A DNA stretch of 64,000 nucleotides, taken from the NCBI GenBank assembly GCA_963668315.1, contig OY764216.1, positions 1,824,001 through 1,888,000 on the forward strand. Reading direction: 5' to 3'. The position numbers and the translations under genes are program-made. The stretch comes from Spirochaetia bacterium (GTDB lineage: Bacteria; Spirochaetota; Spirochaetia; DSM-2461). Each line of letters starts with the position of its first letter. Positions within the stretch are counted from its first letter, which is position 1. The notes below the pieces were generated by a model that was not told where the DNA came from, made no database searches, and worked only from the letters and a program-made list of their open reading frames with translations. Shown piece after piece: positions 28,000 through 36,907 of this stretch.

Positions 28000-29484
28000 T
28001 CAGCCTTTTCTCTTGACGTAGATAACGAGAATATCTCCCTCATCTTTCCTGCCGAAAAACCGGTTTCTTTCATCAATGAGTTCCCGGACCATATCGGCTG
28101 AGTTCCCTTTGAATGTCTCCAGCGTTTCGGGAAGTTTCTCCTTGGCGAAGTTTCTCTCCGTTACCGGGGCCGCCTTGTTGAGAAAGGTATTGTTGGCGAT
28201 AAGGAACGAATCTCCCGGCTGACAGGGAAGGGAGTAGCTCTTGATGTCTTCAACACCTTCCGCCTTGTCCTGGATAAGGGGAGCGCATTTGTTCAGCCTG
28301 CCGTTAAGATAATAGACCGGAGGGTTGGCATACCCCGTGTATTCCACCGTTTCTTCCTTGAATTTGAGTACCGATCCTTCCAGGGATTCCCCGGGGAATA
28401 TTTCTCTGAGACGGGCGTCTATGCGGCGGTAAAGTGAAGCAAGGGAGGAGGTTTCGTTGAAGCTCTCGGCCCACTCTTTTTTCAGTAGTGCCCCGTAGAG
28501 AGCTCCCTTGGGAGCTTCGGGTGTGACAAAGAGGGATAGTCCCGCCACTTTACGTCCGTAGGTGTAGTAGAAGTCAAAGAGTTCCTTCCTGCCTCCCCTG
28601 CGGGACTGGTTGAAATACGTGGTGACTTCCCAGAGACCGTCATGGTGTATGACGGCGGGAAGCAGACCCCGGCTTACCTTTCTGGCCTGTCCCGTCAGCT
28701 CTCCCAGCTCCTGTTCTCTGTCAGCCAGAAGGCTGTTCAGGTCGTTCTGCTTTGTCCGGGATTCGGAAAGCTGTTCACGCAGTTCTCCCACGGGATGGTT
28801 TTTCTCTTTCTCCATCCTGTTCTGGGGGCCGGTGAAAAGTCGTATGAACTCCCACAGCATGAGCAGGGGAAGAGAATACATGATAGACCAGCGGACCGGG
28901 GAGGCGCCCATGGCGAAGGCGGTCACGGGAGGAATGAGGTAAATGAGCAGGGATACGGTTTCCCAGCCCTTTCCGGCTTCATGGAAGCAGTAGGCAACGA
29001 TTAGCCGGATGAGCAGAAAAAGACCGATAACCGATAGGGAGGGTATCTTCCAGTCCGGCCTCGCCAGGAGGGATGTGACGGCTCCCGTGCCACGGGTATA
29101 GTGAGCGGTTACCGCCAGGCCGGTCAGAATAACGAAAAGAGCGACGAGGGACAGAACCGCCTGTATATGGGAACGGGATTTTAATCCAAAGTGATAATAA
29201 AGGGCGTAAAAGAACAGTGTCAGGTTAAAGATTATCTGAGCCGACAGGCTCCACAGATCTGATGCCGCACCGGTCAGCAGGGGGAGGCCTGTTCCGGGAA
29301 GCCCCGCGGTCAGAGCGTTCAAGGTCAGGAAAAAAGTGAAAAACGTATAAAAGAGACGGTTCGCCCCTCCGCTCCGTGCTGTGCCTGTCAGGGCCGTTAT
29401 CGTGAACAGAGTTCCTATTAAAGCCGTTCCCGCCGTAACGAGGATGAATGCCGTAAAATCCATAAATAAAGCGATATCTGTCAT
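28000..29484 (-). CDS. Multi-TM membrane protein with coiled coil and degenerate SpoIIE/PP2C-like domain
   Basis: About 7 TM helices; AR.V..GLLP entry motif, Y.G..NPP, PGD.FLI, D.L.I C-terminal pattern. Confidence 0.7.
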   Translation of the reverse strand: MTDIALFMDFTAFILVTAGTALIGTLFTITALTGTARSGGANRLFYTFFTFFLTLNALTAGLPGTGLPLLTGAASDLWSLSAQIIFNLTLFFYALYYHFGLKSRSHIQAVLSLVALFVILTGLAVTAHYTRGTGAVTSLLARPDWKIPSLSVIGLFLLIRLIVAYCFHEAGKGWETVSLLIYLIPPVTAFAMGASPVRWSIMYSLPLLMLWEFIRLFTGPQNRMEKEKNHPVGELREQLSESRTKQNDLNSLLADREQELGELTGQARKVSRGLLPAVIHHDGLWEVTTYFNQSRRGGRKELFDFYYTYGRKVAGLSLFVTPEAPKGALYGALLKKEWAESFNETSSLASLYRRIDARLREIFPGESLEGSVLKFKEETVEYTGYANPPVYYLNGRLNKCAPLIQDKAEGVEDIKSYSLPCQPGDSFLIANNTFLNKAAPVTERNFAKEKLPETLETFKGNSADMVRELIDERNRFFGRKDEGDILVIYVKRKG

Positions 29485-29585
29485 CTTGTCCCCAATTAGT
29501 TAATCAATTCCTTCTCTTTCTATATCGACAGGTAGGTAAAAAAAATATATAATAAAACGAAATAGTTGCATCTACGCGGCTTTTT

Positions 29586-31511
29586 ATGAGTGAGGCTATG
29601 AATTTCAACGAATTAGATCTTTCAGAAAATCTGAAAAAAGCCATCGATGAGATGGGCTTTGTAGAATGCACCCCCGTACAGGAAGAGACTTTAAAACTTG
29701 CCATTGAAGATAAGAAGGACGTATTGGCTCAGTCACAGACCGGAACCGGTAAGACTGCGGCTTTCCTCATCCCTATCTTCCATCTCTTCCAGGAAGACGA
29801 ATCGCACAAAGGGGGTAAGGCACTTATTGTTGTGCCTACCAGAGAGCTTGCCCTTCAGGTAGAGAAGGAGGCAGAGAGGCTCAATACTTATCTTGACTTT
29901 AATATTCTGGCTGTTTACGGCGGTGTGGGATATCAGAAACAGGAAAAGGAACTGGAGAAGGGAGCGGACATTGTCATTGCCACTCCCGGACGGCTTATCG
30001 ACTTCAAGAAGTCCGGTAAGATAGACTTGAAAGAGATGGACTTCCTTGTCATTGACGAGGCCGACCGTCTTTTCGATATGGGATTTCTACCCGATTTAAC
30101 CTATATCTTGAAAGCCATGAAACCGCCTTCCGAGCGGACGACCATGCTTTTCAGCGCCACTCTGGGAACCCGGGTGGGGAATCTGGCCTGGGAATTTATG
30201 AATGATCCCGGCGAAATTGTTATCGAGCCTGAAAGCGTGACTATCGATCTGGTCAAACAGGAACTTTACCATGTGGGCCGTGAGGAGAAGATGTCCCTCC
30301 TGCTGGGGCTGATCAAAAAGCATAATCCCCAGTCCGCCGTAATTTTTACCAATACCAAGGGTATGGCTTATGAAGTCTCGAAGAGACTGGAAGCCAACGG
30401 CTATAAATCCCGTTATCTGATCGGCGATCTGCCCCAGAATAAGCGTACCGCTGTCATGGACAGTATGAAGAGGGGGGAGATTCCCTTTCTTGTCGCCACC
30501 GATGTCGCCGCCCGCGGTCTTCATATCAATGATCTGGAAATGGTATTTAATTACGATCTTCCCGAAGAAGCCGAGAGTTATGTACACCGGATCGGACGAA
30601 CGGGCCGCGCGGGGAAAGAGGGACATGCCATTTCCCTGGCCTGTGAGAATTATGTGCTGGGCCTGCCCTCCATCGAGTCCTATATCGAAATGAAGATTCC
30701 CGTCGTATGGGCCGAAGATGAAGTATTCGTCGAGGATGCCAGTGCGGGACAGCGTTTTCGTCTTGATGACGAGCGCGGCGGCCGAGGCGGCAGAGACAGC
30801 CGAGGCGGAAGAGACAATCGAGGCGGAAGAGACAACCGGTCGGGAAATCGCGACCGTAACGGTTCCAGGAACGGAGGCCCCCGGGATAACCGAGGCGGCC
30901 GTACCGGCGGTCCCAGAAAGAGGGATGACTCCCGGGCTGCCAGTGTTGTTGACCAGGCAGTCGGTTCCATAGACTCCTTTGGGAAGGACGGCAAGAAATC
31001 CTATGCCCAGGGAAACAGGAACAGGCCGAAAAAGGGCAGGGGACAGCAGGGAGAAAGAAAGCCTTCCGAACGCGGCCGCGCTTACGAGGTGGAATCTTCC
31101 ATCTCGGGCGATCTTTCCGTGGAAGACAGGCTGGCTTACTACAAAAAGAAGTACGGAGACGACTTCAAGCCGACCGATGCCATGATGAATAGCGAGAAGA
31201 GTAGAAAGCCTTCGGGCAAAAAGCCTTCGGGCAAAAAAAATACCGGAGGAAACAAGGGCAACCAGAACCGGCCGAACAGCGGCAAAGGGAAAGGTCCTCA
31301 GCCTCAGGGGAAAAGCACCGGCGGCAAACCGAATACACAGAATGCTCCCGGTAAGGGTAAAGCCGCTTCCGGTAAGGGAAAGGGCGCACCCCACAAGGGT
31401 AAGGGGAATGCCGGTCAGACCCGGAAACCCGCTGCTGAAGCAGCCGTTCAGAAACCGGCGGCAAAGCCCCAGAAAGTTTCTTTTCTCAAGAAGCTTTTCG
31501 GAAAGAAGTGA
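29586..31511 (+). CDS. DEAD-box RNA helicase with long low-complexity C-terminal tail
   Basis: GF..TPVQ, QTGTGKT, PTRELA, TPGRL, DEADR, SAT, ARGL, HRIGRTGRAG; true start may be 29598 (GAGG SD). Confidence 0.96.
   Translation: MSEAMNFNELDLSENLKKAIDEMGFVECTPVQEETLKLAIEDKKDVLAQSQTGTGKTAAFLIPIFHLFQEDESHKGGKALIVVPTRELALQVEKEAERLNTYLDFNILAVYGGVGYQKQEKELEKGADIVIATPGRLIDFKKSGKIDLKEMDFLVIDEADRLFDMGFLPDLTYILKAMKPPSERTTMLFSATLGTRVGNLAWEFMNDPGEIVIEPESVTIDLVKQELYHVGREEKMSLLLGLIKKHNPQSAVIFTNTKGMAYEVSKRLEANGYKSRYLIGDLPQNKRTAVMDSMKRGEIPFLVATDVAARGLHINDLEMVFNYDLPEEAESYVHRIGRTGRAGKEGHAISLACENYVLGLPSIESYIEMKIPVVWAEDEVFVEDASAGQRFRLDDERGGRGGRDSRGGRDNRGGRDNRSGNRDRNGSRNGGPRDNRGGRTGGPRKRDDSRAASVVDQAVGSIDSFGKDGKKSYAQGNRNRPKKGRGQQGERKPSERGRAYEVESSISGDLSVEDRLAYYKKKYGDDFKPTDAMMNSEKSRKPSGKKPSGKKNTGGNKGNQNRPNSGKGKGPQPQGKSTGGKPNTQNAPGKGKAASGKGKGAPHKGKGNAGQTRKPAAEAAVQKPAAKPQKVSFLKKLFGKK
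30783..30836 (+). repeat. 18-bp coding tandem repeat x3 (RGGRDS/RGGRDN)
   Basis: CGAGGCGGCAGAGACAGC CGAGGCGGAAGAGACAAT CGAGGCGGAAGAGACAAC. Confidence 0.9.
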
Positions 31512-31583
31512 TTTTCTGGGCTTAGGCCCTTTGACAAGTAAAGTGTCAGGCCGTTCTTCGGAGCGGCATGACAGCAGAAAAGG

Positions 31584-31618
31584 AATCCCCCGGGTCAAGG
31601 CATCGGGGGATTTTTTTT
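31584..31618 (+). terminator. Intrinsic terminator after the DEAD-box gene
   Basis: AATCCCCCGG/TCGGGGGATT stem plus T-run. Confidence 0.75.
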
Positions 31619-31631
31619 ATCCCTGAAAAAA

Positions 31632-32399
31632 TCAGGTTTTTACGAAGAAGGCGGAGAAACGTCCCGCCGATTCTCCGCTTTTTCTGTAAGAAAAGAAAGG
31701 CGTATTGCTGCAGAGAGTGCAGTGAGGGGAGAGCCGGATATTCTCTTTTTTAACACCCGCTTCAATCAGCTGTACTCTGTTCGCATCTTTTAAATCCAGA
31801 TAAAGCTTTCCCTCCCGGATGGAGGTAGGATCATCGTGGTAGTTCAGGGAAGCAAAGAGTTGATCCCTGACGTGGGAGCCGATTTCATAACAGCAGCCCC
31901 CAATGGAAGGACCGATGAAGGCCATGATGTTTTCCGGCTGGCTCCCGTAACTCTCCGCCATGGCTTGGACTGTCTTCATGAGTATGAGCCCGGCCGTACC
32001 TCTCCATCCCGCATGACAGACTCCACCGGCCTTTGACGATGTATCGTAAAGTATGATGGGAACGCAGTCGGCGACAAATATGTTAAGTAGGATAGCCGGT
32101 TCGTTGGTGATAAGCGCATCGGTGGCTTCTATGGCATCCCCCCGGGAAAGACGGCCGCGCCCGGTCAGAGTCTTGCCCACGGGAGTGACGGCGGTTCCGT
32201 GGACCTGATCCGCGCAGGTGTAGCAGGAGAAGGGAACGTCAAGTTCCCGGCACAGCTGCTTCCTGTTTTTCAGGGCGTCTTCTCTGTCTCCTCCGGCATG
32301 AAGGGCAAGATTGAAACGGCCTTCGTCGCCGGCCGTGGTGAATCCCGCCTTTACTCCCGAACCGATCAGTTCATCCCAGAGGATGAGGGAGCCGCTCAT
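31632..32399 (-). CDS. pgeF: YfiH/PgeF family purine nucleoside phosphorylase
   Basis: QVHG, DALIT, ADCVPI, HAGWRG, GPSIG.CCYE, FFSYR. Confidence 0.93.
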   Translation of the reverse strand: MSGSLILWDELIGSGVKAGFTTAGDEGRFNLALHAGGDREDALKNRKQLCRELDVPFSCYTCADQVHGTAVTPVGKTLTGRGRLSRGDAIEATDALITNEPAILLNIFVADCVPIILYDTSSKAGGVCHAGWRGTAGLILMKTVQAMAESYGSQPENIMAFIGPSIGGCCYEIGSHVRDQLFASLNYHDDPTSIREGKLYLDLKDANRVQLIEAGVKKENIRLSPHCTLCSNTPFFSYRKSGESAGRFSAFFVKT

Positions 32400-33649
32400 T
32401 CCTTATCCAGTGCCTCGAGGGCTTCCCAGCGTTCTCTGAGGGGAGGATGGGAGTAATAAAATGAGCTGTAGAGCGGATGGGGTGTCAGGTTGGACAGATT
32501 GTCGCGGTTCAGTTTGATAAGTCCCTGCTGGAGGCCTTTGGCGTTTCCCATGGCATTCCGGGCGAATGCGTCGGCCTGATATTCATGTCTGCGCGAGAGG
32601 CGCGACTGAAGGGGGGAAAGGAAATAGGTCAGCGGTGAAGAGAAATAGATCAATATGATCAGAATGGCGTGATAGGAGGGTGCGGAGAAGGAGAAGGCAT
32701 GAAAGAGAGGCGTCCAGCTCAGAGCCAGTGACAGGAGATAGAAGACCGCCAGAGAGGAGATCAGGGATGCCGCCAGCCCTTTGATAATATGTTTCTTTTT
32801 ATAGTGACCGATTTCATGGGCCAGCACGGCGGTAAGTTCTTCGGTGGTGAGGCTCTCTACCAGAGTGTCGAAAAGTACGATACGCTTGGTGCGCCCCAGA
32901 CCGGTGAAGTAGGCGTTGGAGTGTCCCGACCGCCGGCTGCCGTCCATGAGGAAAATGCCCTTGGTTTTAAAGCCGCTTTTCCGGGCCAGGTCATTCAGGC
33001 TTTCCTTGAGTTCACCCTCTTCCAGGGGGGTGAATTTGTTGAAAAGGGGAGCTATCAGGGTGGGATAGATCAGGGAGAGCAGAAGCTGGAAAAGGGAAAG
33101 GGCCGCCCATCCGTAAAACCACCAGTACGGTCCCGTTTTATCCATGAAAAGAAAGAGCAGGGCCAGAAGGGGGAGGGAAATAACCAGGGAAAGGATAAGT
33201 TCCTTGAGCTTGTCGGCAAGCCAGAGGGAGCCGGTCATCTTGTTGAAACCGAACTCCTCCTCTATGATGAACTGACCGTAAACTTCGAGGGGCAGGCCCG
33301 CCAGATCGACGATTAGGGAAAAGAGGAGCAGGTAGGTGATTCCCTTAAGAAGGGGGCCATCCGTCCACAGGGATATGAAGGAGTCCAGCTGTCCGGGGAA
33401 GCCGGAAAGGAGAATTATCAGAATGACAGCGGACCGGACGGCAAAGCTGACAAGGCCGAAGTTCTCCTTTCGTTTGGTATAGGCCTGAGATTTCCGGTAG
33501 CCCTCTTCATCGACCCAGCCCTCGGCGAAGGAGGGAACCCGGTCCTTCTCTTTTAAGGCGCTGTTCATATTGAGAACGGTCAGTACCCAGTGGAAAAGAA
33601 AGCGAAGGGTGAAGAAACATAAATAGATAATGAAAATTGTTCTTGTCAT
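32396..33649 (-). CDS. M48 (Ste24-like) membrane zinc metallopeptidase
   Basis: FGFNK, PLFNKF.PL, DGSRRS.HSNAYFTG, AHEIGH, EYQAD, SHPPL; start at MTRTIF 33649. Confidence 0.94.
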   Translation of the reverse strand: MTRTIFIIYLCFFTLRFLFHWVLTVLNMNSALKEKDRVPSFAEGWVDEEGYRKSQAYTKRKENFGLVSFAVRSAVILIILLSGFPGQLDSFISLWTDGPLLKGITYLLLFSLIVDLAGLPLEVYGQFIIEEEFGFNKMTGSLWLADKLKELILSLVISLPLLALLFLFMDKTGPYWWFYGWAALSLFQLLLSLIYPTLIAPLFNKFTPLEEGELKESLNDLARKSGFKTKGIFLMDGSRRSGHSNAYFTGLGRTKRIVLFDTLVESLTTEELTAVLAHEIGHYKKKHIIKGLAASLISSLAVFYLLSLALSWTPLFHAFSFSAPSYHAILIILIYFSSPLTYFLSPLQSRLSRRHEYQADAFARNAMGNAKGLQQGLIKLNRDNLSNLTPHPLYSSFYYSHPPLRERWEALEALDKE

Positions 33650-33662
33650 AAGGGCTCTCTCC

Positions 33663-33691
33663 AAAAAAAAAGGCCGTCCCTGGGGACAGCC
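33663..33691 (-). terminator. Intrinsic terminator of the small zinc-ribbon gene
   Basis: Minus strand GGCTGTCCC-CA-GGGACGGCC followed by a T-run. Confidence 0.7.
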
Positions 33692-33722
33692 ATTACGATG
33701 AACATCGTTGAATTAAGTTTGC

Positions 33723-33917
33723 CTAGAGGGCAGCAATAGCTTCTTTCATTTTGCCGTTAGCCACGGCGGCCTTGCACTGCTTGCAGACACTGGCTTTTTT
33801 TCCGTCAAAGTCCAGTTCATATACGGCTTTAATGCCGGTTCTCTTACAAAGAGGACAAGCACCGCGTCCCTTATTGGCGAACTCTTTCATTCCGACGCCT
33901 CTGTGTGCTTTGGACAT
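33723..33917 (-). CDS. Small basic zinc-ribbon protein (64 aa), function unknown
   Basis: AAGGAG SD; MSKAHRG..CPLC..CKQC; own promoter and terminator. Confidence 0.85.
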   Translation of the reverse strand: MSKAHRGVGMKEFANKGRGACPLCKRTGIKAVYELDFDGKKASVCKQCKAAVANGKMKEAIAAL

Positions 33918-34017
33918 GAATTTCTCCTTGGTGTTGCATAGGCGTAGCGTAAACCGGGGCTTACGTCCGCCGATCTTCAGGCACATTTACCTGATTCTGC
34001 GAATTTACGTAAGGAAC

Positions 34018-34046
34018 AATATATCGTCTGGCCTGCTTAATGTCAA
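34018..34046 (-). promoter_or_regulatory. Strong sigma70 promoter of the zinc-ribbon gene
   Basis: Minus strand TTGACA-N17-TATATT. Confidence 0.75.
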
Positions 34047-34066
34047 GTGTCGGAGGGGGGTAATAC

Positions 34067-34095
34067 TTGTCCCTGTGACGGTTTTTTTCTATAAT
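34067..34095 (+). promoter_or_regulatory. Sigma70 promoter of def-fmt-PASTA operon
   Basis: TTGTCC-N17-TATAAT. Confidence 0.7.
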
Positions 34096-34125
34096 GTACA
34101 GGCTAAAGGTTAACAGGAGCATATT

Positions 34126-34641
34126 TTGGATTTTTATACATTAAATAAGGAAGAGGAGATTCGCGTACTCAGAGCGATATCCGAGCCTGTGAAAGATATA
34201 AACGGGGATCTTGTGGAATTTGCCGACGCCATGGTGGAATCCATGGCTGGCAAGGGTATCGGACTGGCCGCTCCCCAGGTCGGCAGAAACGAAAGGTTTT
34301 TCGTGGTACGCCTGTCGGAAGAGGAGAAACCCCTCTACTTTTTCAACCCCCAGATCATAGGCACCAGTGAAAAGCTTTCCGCTTACGAAGAGGGATGCCT
34401 CAGTATTCCCGAAACCTGGGCGAAAATCAAGAGACCGGCCATAGTGACCGTTCAGGCCTGGAACAGGCGGGGCCGTCCTTTTACCATAGAGGCGGAGGGA
34501 TTGCTTGCCACGGTTATTCAGCATGAGTACGATCATCTTCAGGGCAGGCTGTTTATAGACTATCTGTCGGATAGAAAAAAAGAAAAAATTGCCAAGCATT
34601 TCGGACTGGATCTGTATCCCGATCTGAGCAAGGAGGCATAA
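34126..34641 (+). CDS. def: Peptide deformylase
   Basis: GIGLAAPQVG, EGCLS, QHEYDHL; TTG start after AGGAG. Confidence 0.97.
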   Translation: MDFYTLNKEEEIRVLRAISEPVKDINGDLVEFADAMVESMAGKGIGLAAPQVGRNERFFVVRLSEEEKPLYFFNPQIIGTSEKLSAYEEGCLSIPETWAKIKRPAIVTVQAWNRRGRPFTIEAEGLLATVIQHEYDHLQGRLFIDYLSDRKKEKIAKHFGLDLYPDLSKEA

Positions 34642-34642
34642 C

Positions 34643-35593
34643 GTGAGAATTCTTTTCGCCGGAACCCCGGAAATGGCCGTCCCCTCCCTCGAGGCGCTGA
34701 ATGAGTGTTTTGAAGTTTGCGGTGTTTTAACAAATCCCGACAAGGCGAAAGGACGGGGACGCAAGACGGTCCCCTCGCCGGTGAAGGTTAAAGCCGAAGA
34801 GTTGGGACTCCCCCTTCTCCAGCCGGAGAAAATCGATCAGGACGTGGTGGACCAGGTAAGGGCGCTGAAGCCGGATGTCCTCGTCTGCATCGCCTACGGC
34901 AAGCTGTTCCGCAAGGCGTTTCTGGACATATTCCCCCTGGGCGGAGTGAATCTTCACCCGTCCATGCTGCCGAAATACCGGGGAGCGTCCCCCGTATCGG
35001 AGGCTATCAAGAACGGCGACAGCGAGACGGCCGTGACCATTCAGCGCCTGGCCATGAAGATGGATTCCGGGGATATTCTTTTTCAGAAGCCCTATCCCCT
35101 TGACAGGAGTGTCACCACGGGCGGTTTTCTGGATCTGATCTCCCGGGACGGAGCCCTCTATATGGTGGAAGTCCTGACGAAACTGGAGAAAGGAGAGCTG
35201 ACCGGAATCCCCCAGGATGAAGAGAAGGCCACCTACTGCACCAAGGTAAGCAAGGAAGACGGGCTTATCGACTGGTACAGTTCCGCCGATGAGATTGAGC
35301 GGCTGATAAGGGCCTATTCCCCCGCTCCCGGCGGATTTACCTTCTGGAATGAGCAGATCCTATTTGTGCGGAAGGCCACCACGGAGAATCTGACCTGGAA
35401 GATCGAAGGGCGACCCCATCCCGGTCAGATCCTCGGTGTAGACAAGAGCCGCGGAATTCTGGTACAAACAGGTGACGGGCTTATCTGTCTTGAGGAGCTG
35501 CAGCTCCAATCCCGTAAGTCTCTGGACTTCAAGTCCTTTCTGAACGGGGTAAAGGATTTTCTCGATACCACCCTGGGAGAGGTTAATGGCTAA
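34643..35593 (+). CDS. fmt: Methionyl-tRNA formyltransferase
   Basis: FAGTP, T.PDK..GRG, NLHPS.LP.YRGASP, MDSGD. Confidence 0.97.
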   Translation: MRILFAGTPEMAVPSLEALNECFEVCGVLTNPDKAKGRGRKTVPSPVKVKAEELGLPLLQPEKIDQDVVDQVRALKPDVLVCIAYGKLFRKAFLDIFPLGGVNLHPSMLPKYRGASPVSEAIKNGDSETAVTIQRLAMKMDSGDILFQKPYPLDRSVTTGGFLDLISRDGALYMVEVLTKLEKGELTGIPQDEEKATYCTKVSKEDGLIDWYSSADEIERLIRAYSPAPGGFTFWNEQILFVRKATTENLTWKIEGRPHPGQILGVDKSRGILVQTGDGLICLEELQLQSRKSLDFKSFLNGVKDFLDTTLGEVNG

Positions 35594-36644
35594 GGCATCA
35601 TTTTTCAAAAATAACGGAGGCAAGGCCCCCGACGACTCACTGCTTCATAAAGTTCATAACGAGACGGAGGAGGAACAGAACTTTTTCAAAAAGGCTCTGT
35701 TTATCATCCTGATTGTCTTCGGCCTTATGTTGTTTACCTTTGCCGTTACTTTTTTCGCCGCAGTCCGCGGAGGGGAGAAAACGCTTATTCCCAATGTCGT
35801 GGGAGAATCCATCACTGAAGCCCTTGTGACACTTCAGGAGCGGGAGCTTTACCCCAAGGTACAGGTTAAGTTCACCGACGATCCCAAGGAAAAGAATACC
35901 ATTATCGACCAGTCGCCCAAGCCGGGAACCAGCGTGAAGGCGGGGCGCAGAGTCAGCCTGACCATAAGCAAGGGCGCCGTAATCGAGAATGTGGGCGATT
36001 ATGTGGGAAATAATCTGGAAGATGTCCGCGTGAATCTGCAGACCCTCTTCGCCACTTATAAGCCTTTGCTTCAGATAGCGGAAGTTATCTATCAGTTCTC
36101 CGACGAGCCTGTGGGAACCATTCTGGCCCAGGAGCCGGCCCCCGATACTCCCGTAACGGAGCTGACCGATCTTACCTTTGTGGTCAGCCGAGGAATGGAT
36201 GAGGGCATGTATAAGGTGGAGAATTTCACCGGGATGAAGTTTGACGAGGTGATTCAGAGCCTGAGCGAACAGAATATCCCCTTCGTTTTCGACATTGATT
36301 CAAGCGCCCCCGCCCAGAGGGAAGCGGTCGTTTTCAAGCAGAATCCGCCCATAGGGGATTTTGTAGAGCAGGGAACGCCTGTGGAACTGACCATAAACGG
36401 TCTGAGCCAGGTTCCCCGGCACATGGTCTTCGGCCTCTTCGAATACCAGATGCCCACCTACATGATTCCCGTTACGGTGCAGCTGGAAAGAAGATATGAG
36501 GCGGAAGAGCCGGAAATCATCTTTACTACGAAATATCCCGGCGGCCGGGTTGCCATTCCCTATCTGGAAAGGGAAGGAACCACTCTCGTCCTTTATGTTT
36601 CCTATAACGAAAGAACGAGAATTCAGGTCGGCGCTCAGGAATAA
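35586..36644 (+). CDS. Membrane-anchored PASTA-repeat protein without a kinase domain
   Basis: One TM helix, then about 3 PASTA repeats (PNVVG..IIDQSPKPG..SKG; AQEPAP; KQNPP). Confidence 0.9.
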   Translation: MAKASFFKNNGGKAPDDSLLHKVHNETEEEQNFFKKALFIILIVFGLMLFTFAVTFFAAVRGGEKTLIPNVVGESITEALVTLQERELYPKVQVKFTDDPKEKNTIIDQSPKPGTSVKAGRRVSLTISKGAVIENVGDYVGNNLEDVRVNLQTLFATYKPLLQIAEVIYQFSDEPVGTILAQEPAPDTPVTELTDLTFVVSRGMDEGMYKVENFTGMKFDEVIQSLSEQNIPFVFDIDSSAPAQREAVVFKQNPPIGDFVEQGTPVELTINGLSQVPRHMVFGLFEYQMPTYMIPVTVQLERRYEAEEPEIIFTTKYPGGRVAIPYLEREGTTLVLYVSYNERTRIQVGAQE

Positions 36645-36660
36645 CCGCCGTAGCGCAGAG

Positions 36661-36690
36661 AAAGCCGCTTCCTCGGGAAGCGGTTTTTTT
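36661..36690 (+). terminator. Intrinsic terminator
   Basis: AAAGCCGCTTCC/GGAAGCGGTTTT stem plus T-run. Confidence 0.8.
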
Positions 36691-36737
36691 ATGTGCTTTC
36701 CCTTACTGGATAGATTTTTCCAGAATAGAATGATTTA

Positions 36738-36907
36738 TGCTCTCCCTATCATAGGGCCGTATTATGACCGTATGTTCCGTATTCACCCCCAAGGCGGGAC
36801 AGGAACCGTCTGTCTAATCGGTTTTGATGCTTATGAAGGAAGGGTATGGCAGGTAATCAGTCGTGTAGGCGCAAGTGGACTTGTTCCCTTCTATAGAAAA
36901 TGGAGCG
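36738..36907 (+). ncRNA. Candidate rod-shaped small RNA (family unassigned)
   Basis: Promoter TTACTG-N17-TAGAAT (36703-36731) with no credible downstream CDS; four nested helices with G-U pairs on the + strand. Confidence 0.4.

Noticed and set aside
30783..30836. Tandem repeat as a possible CRISPR or contingency locus
   Set aside because: In-frame 18-bp coding repeat with no spacers and no cas genes
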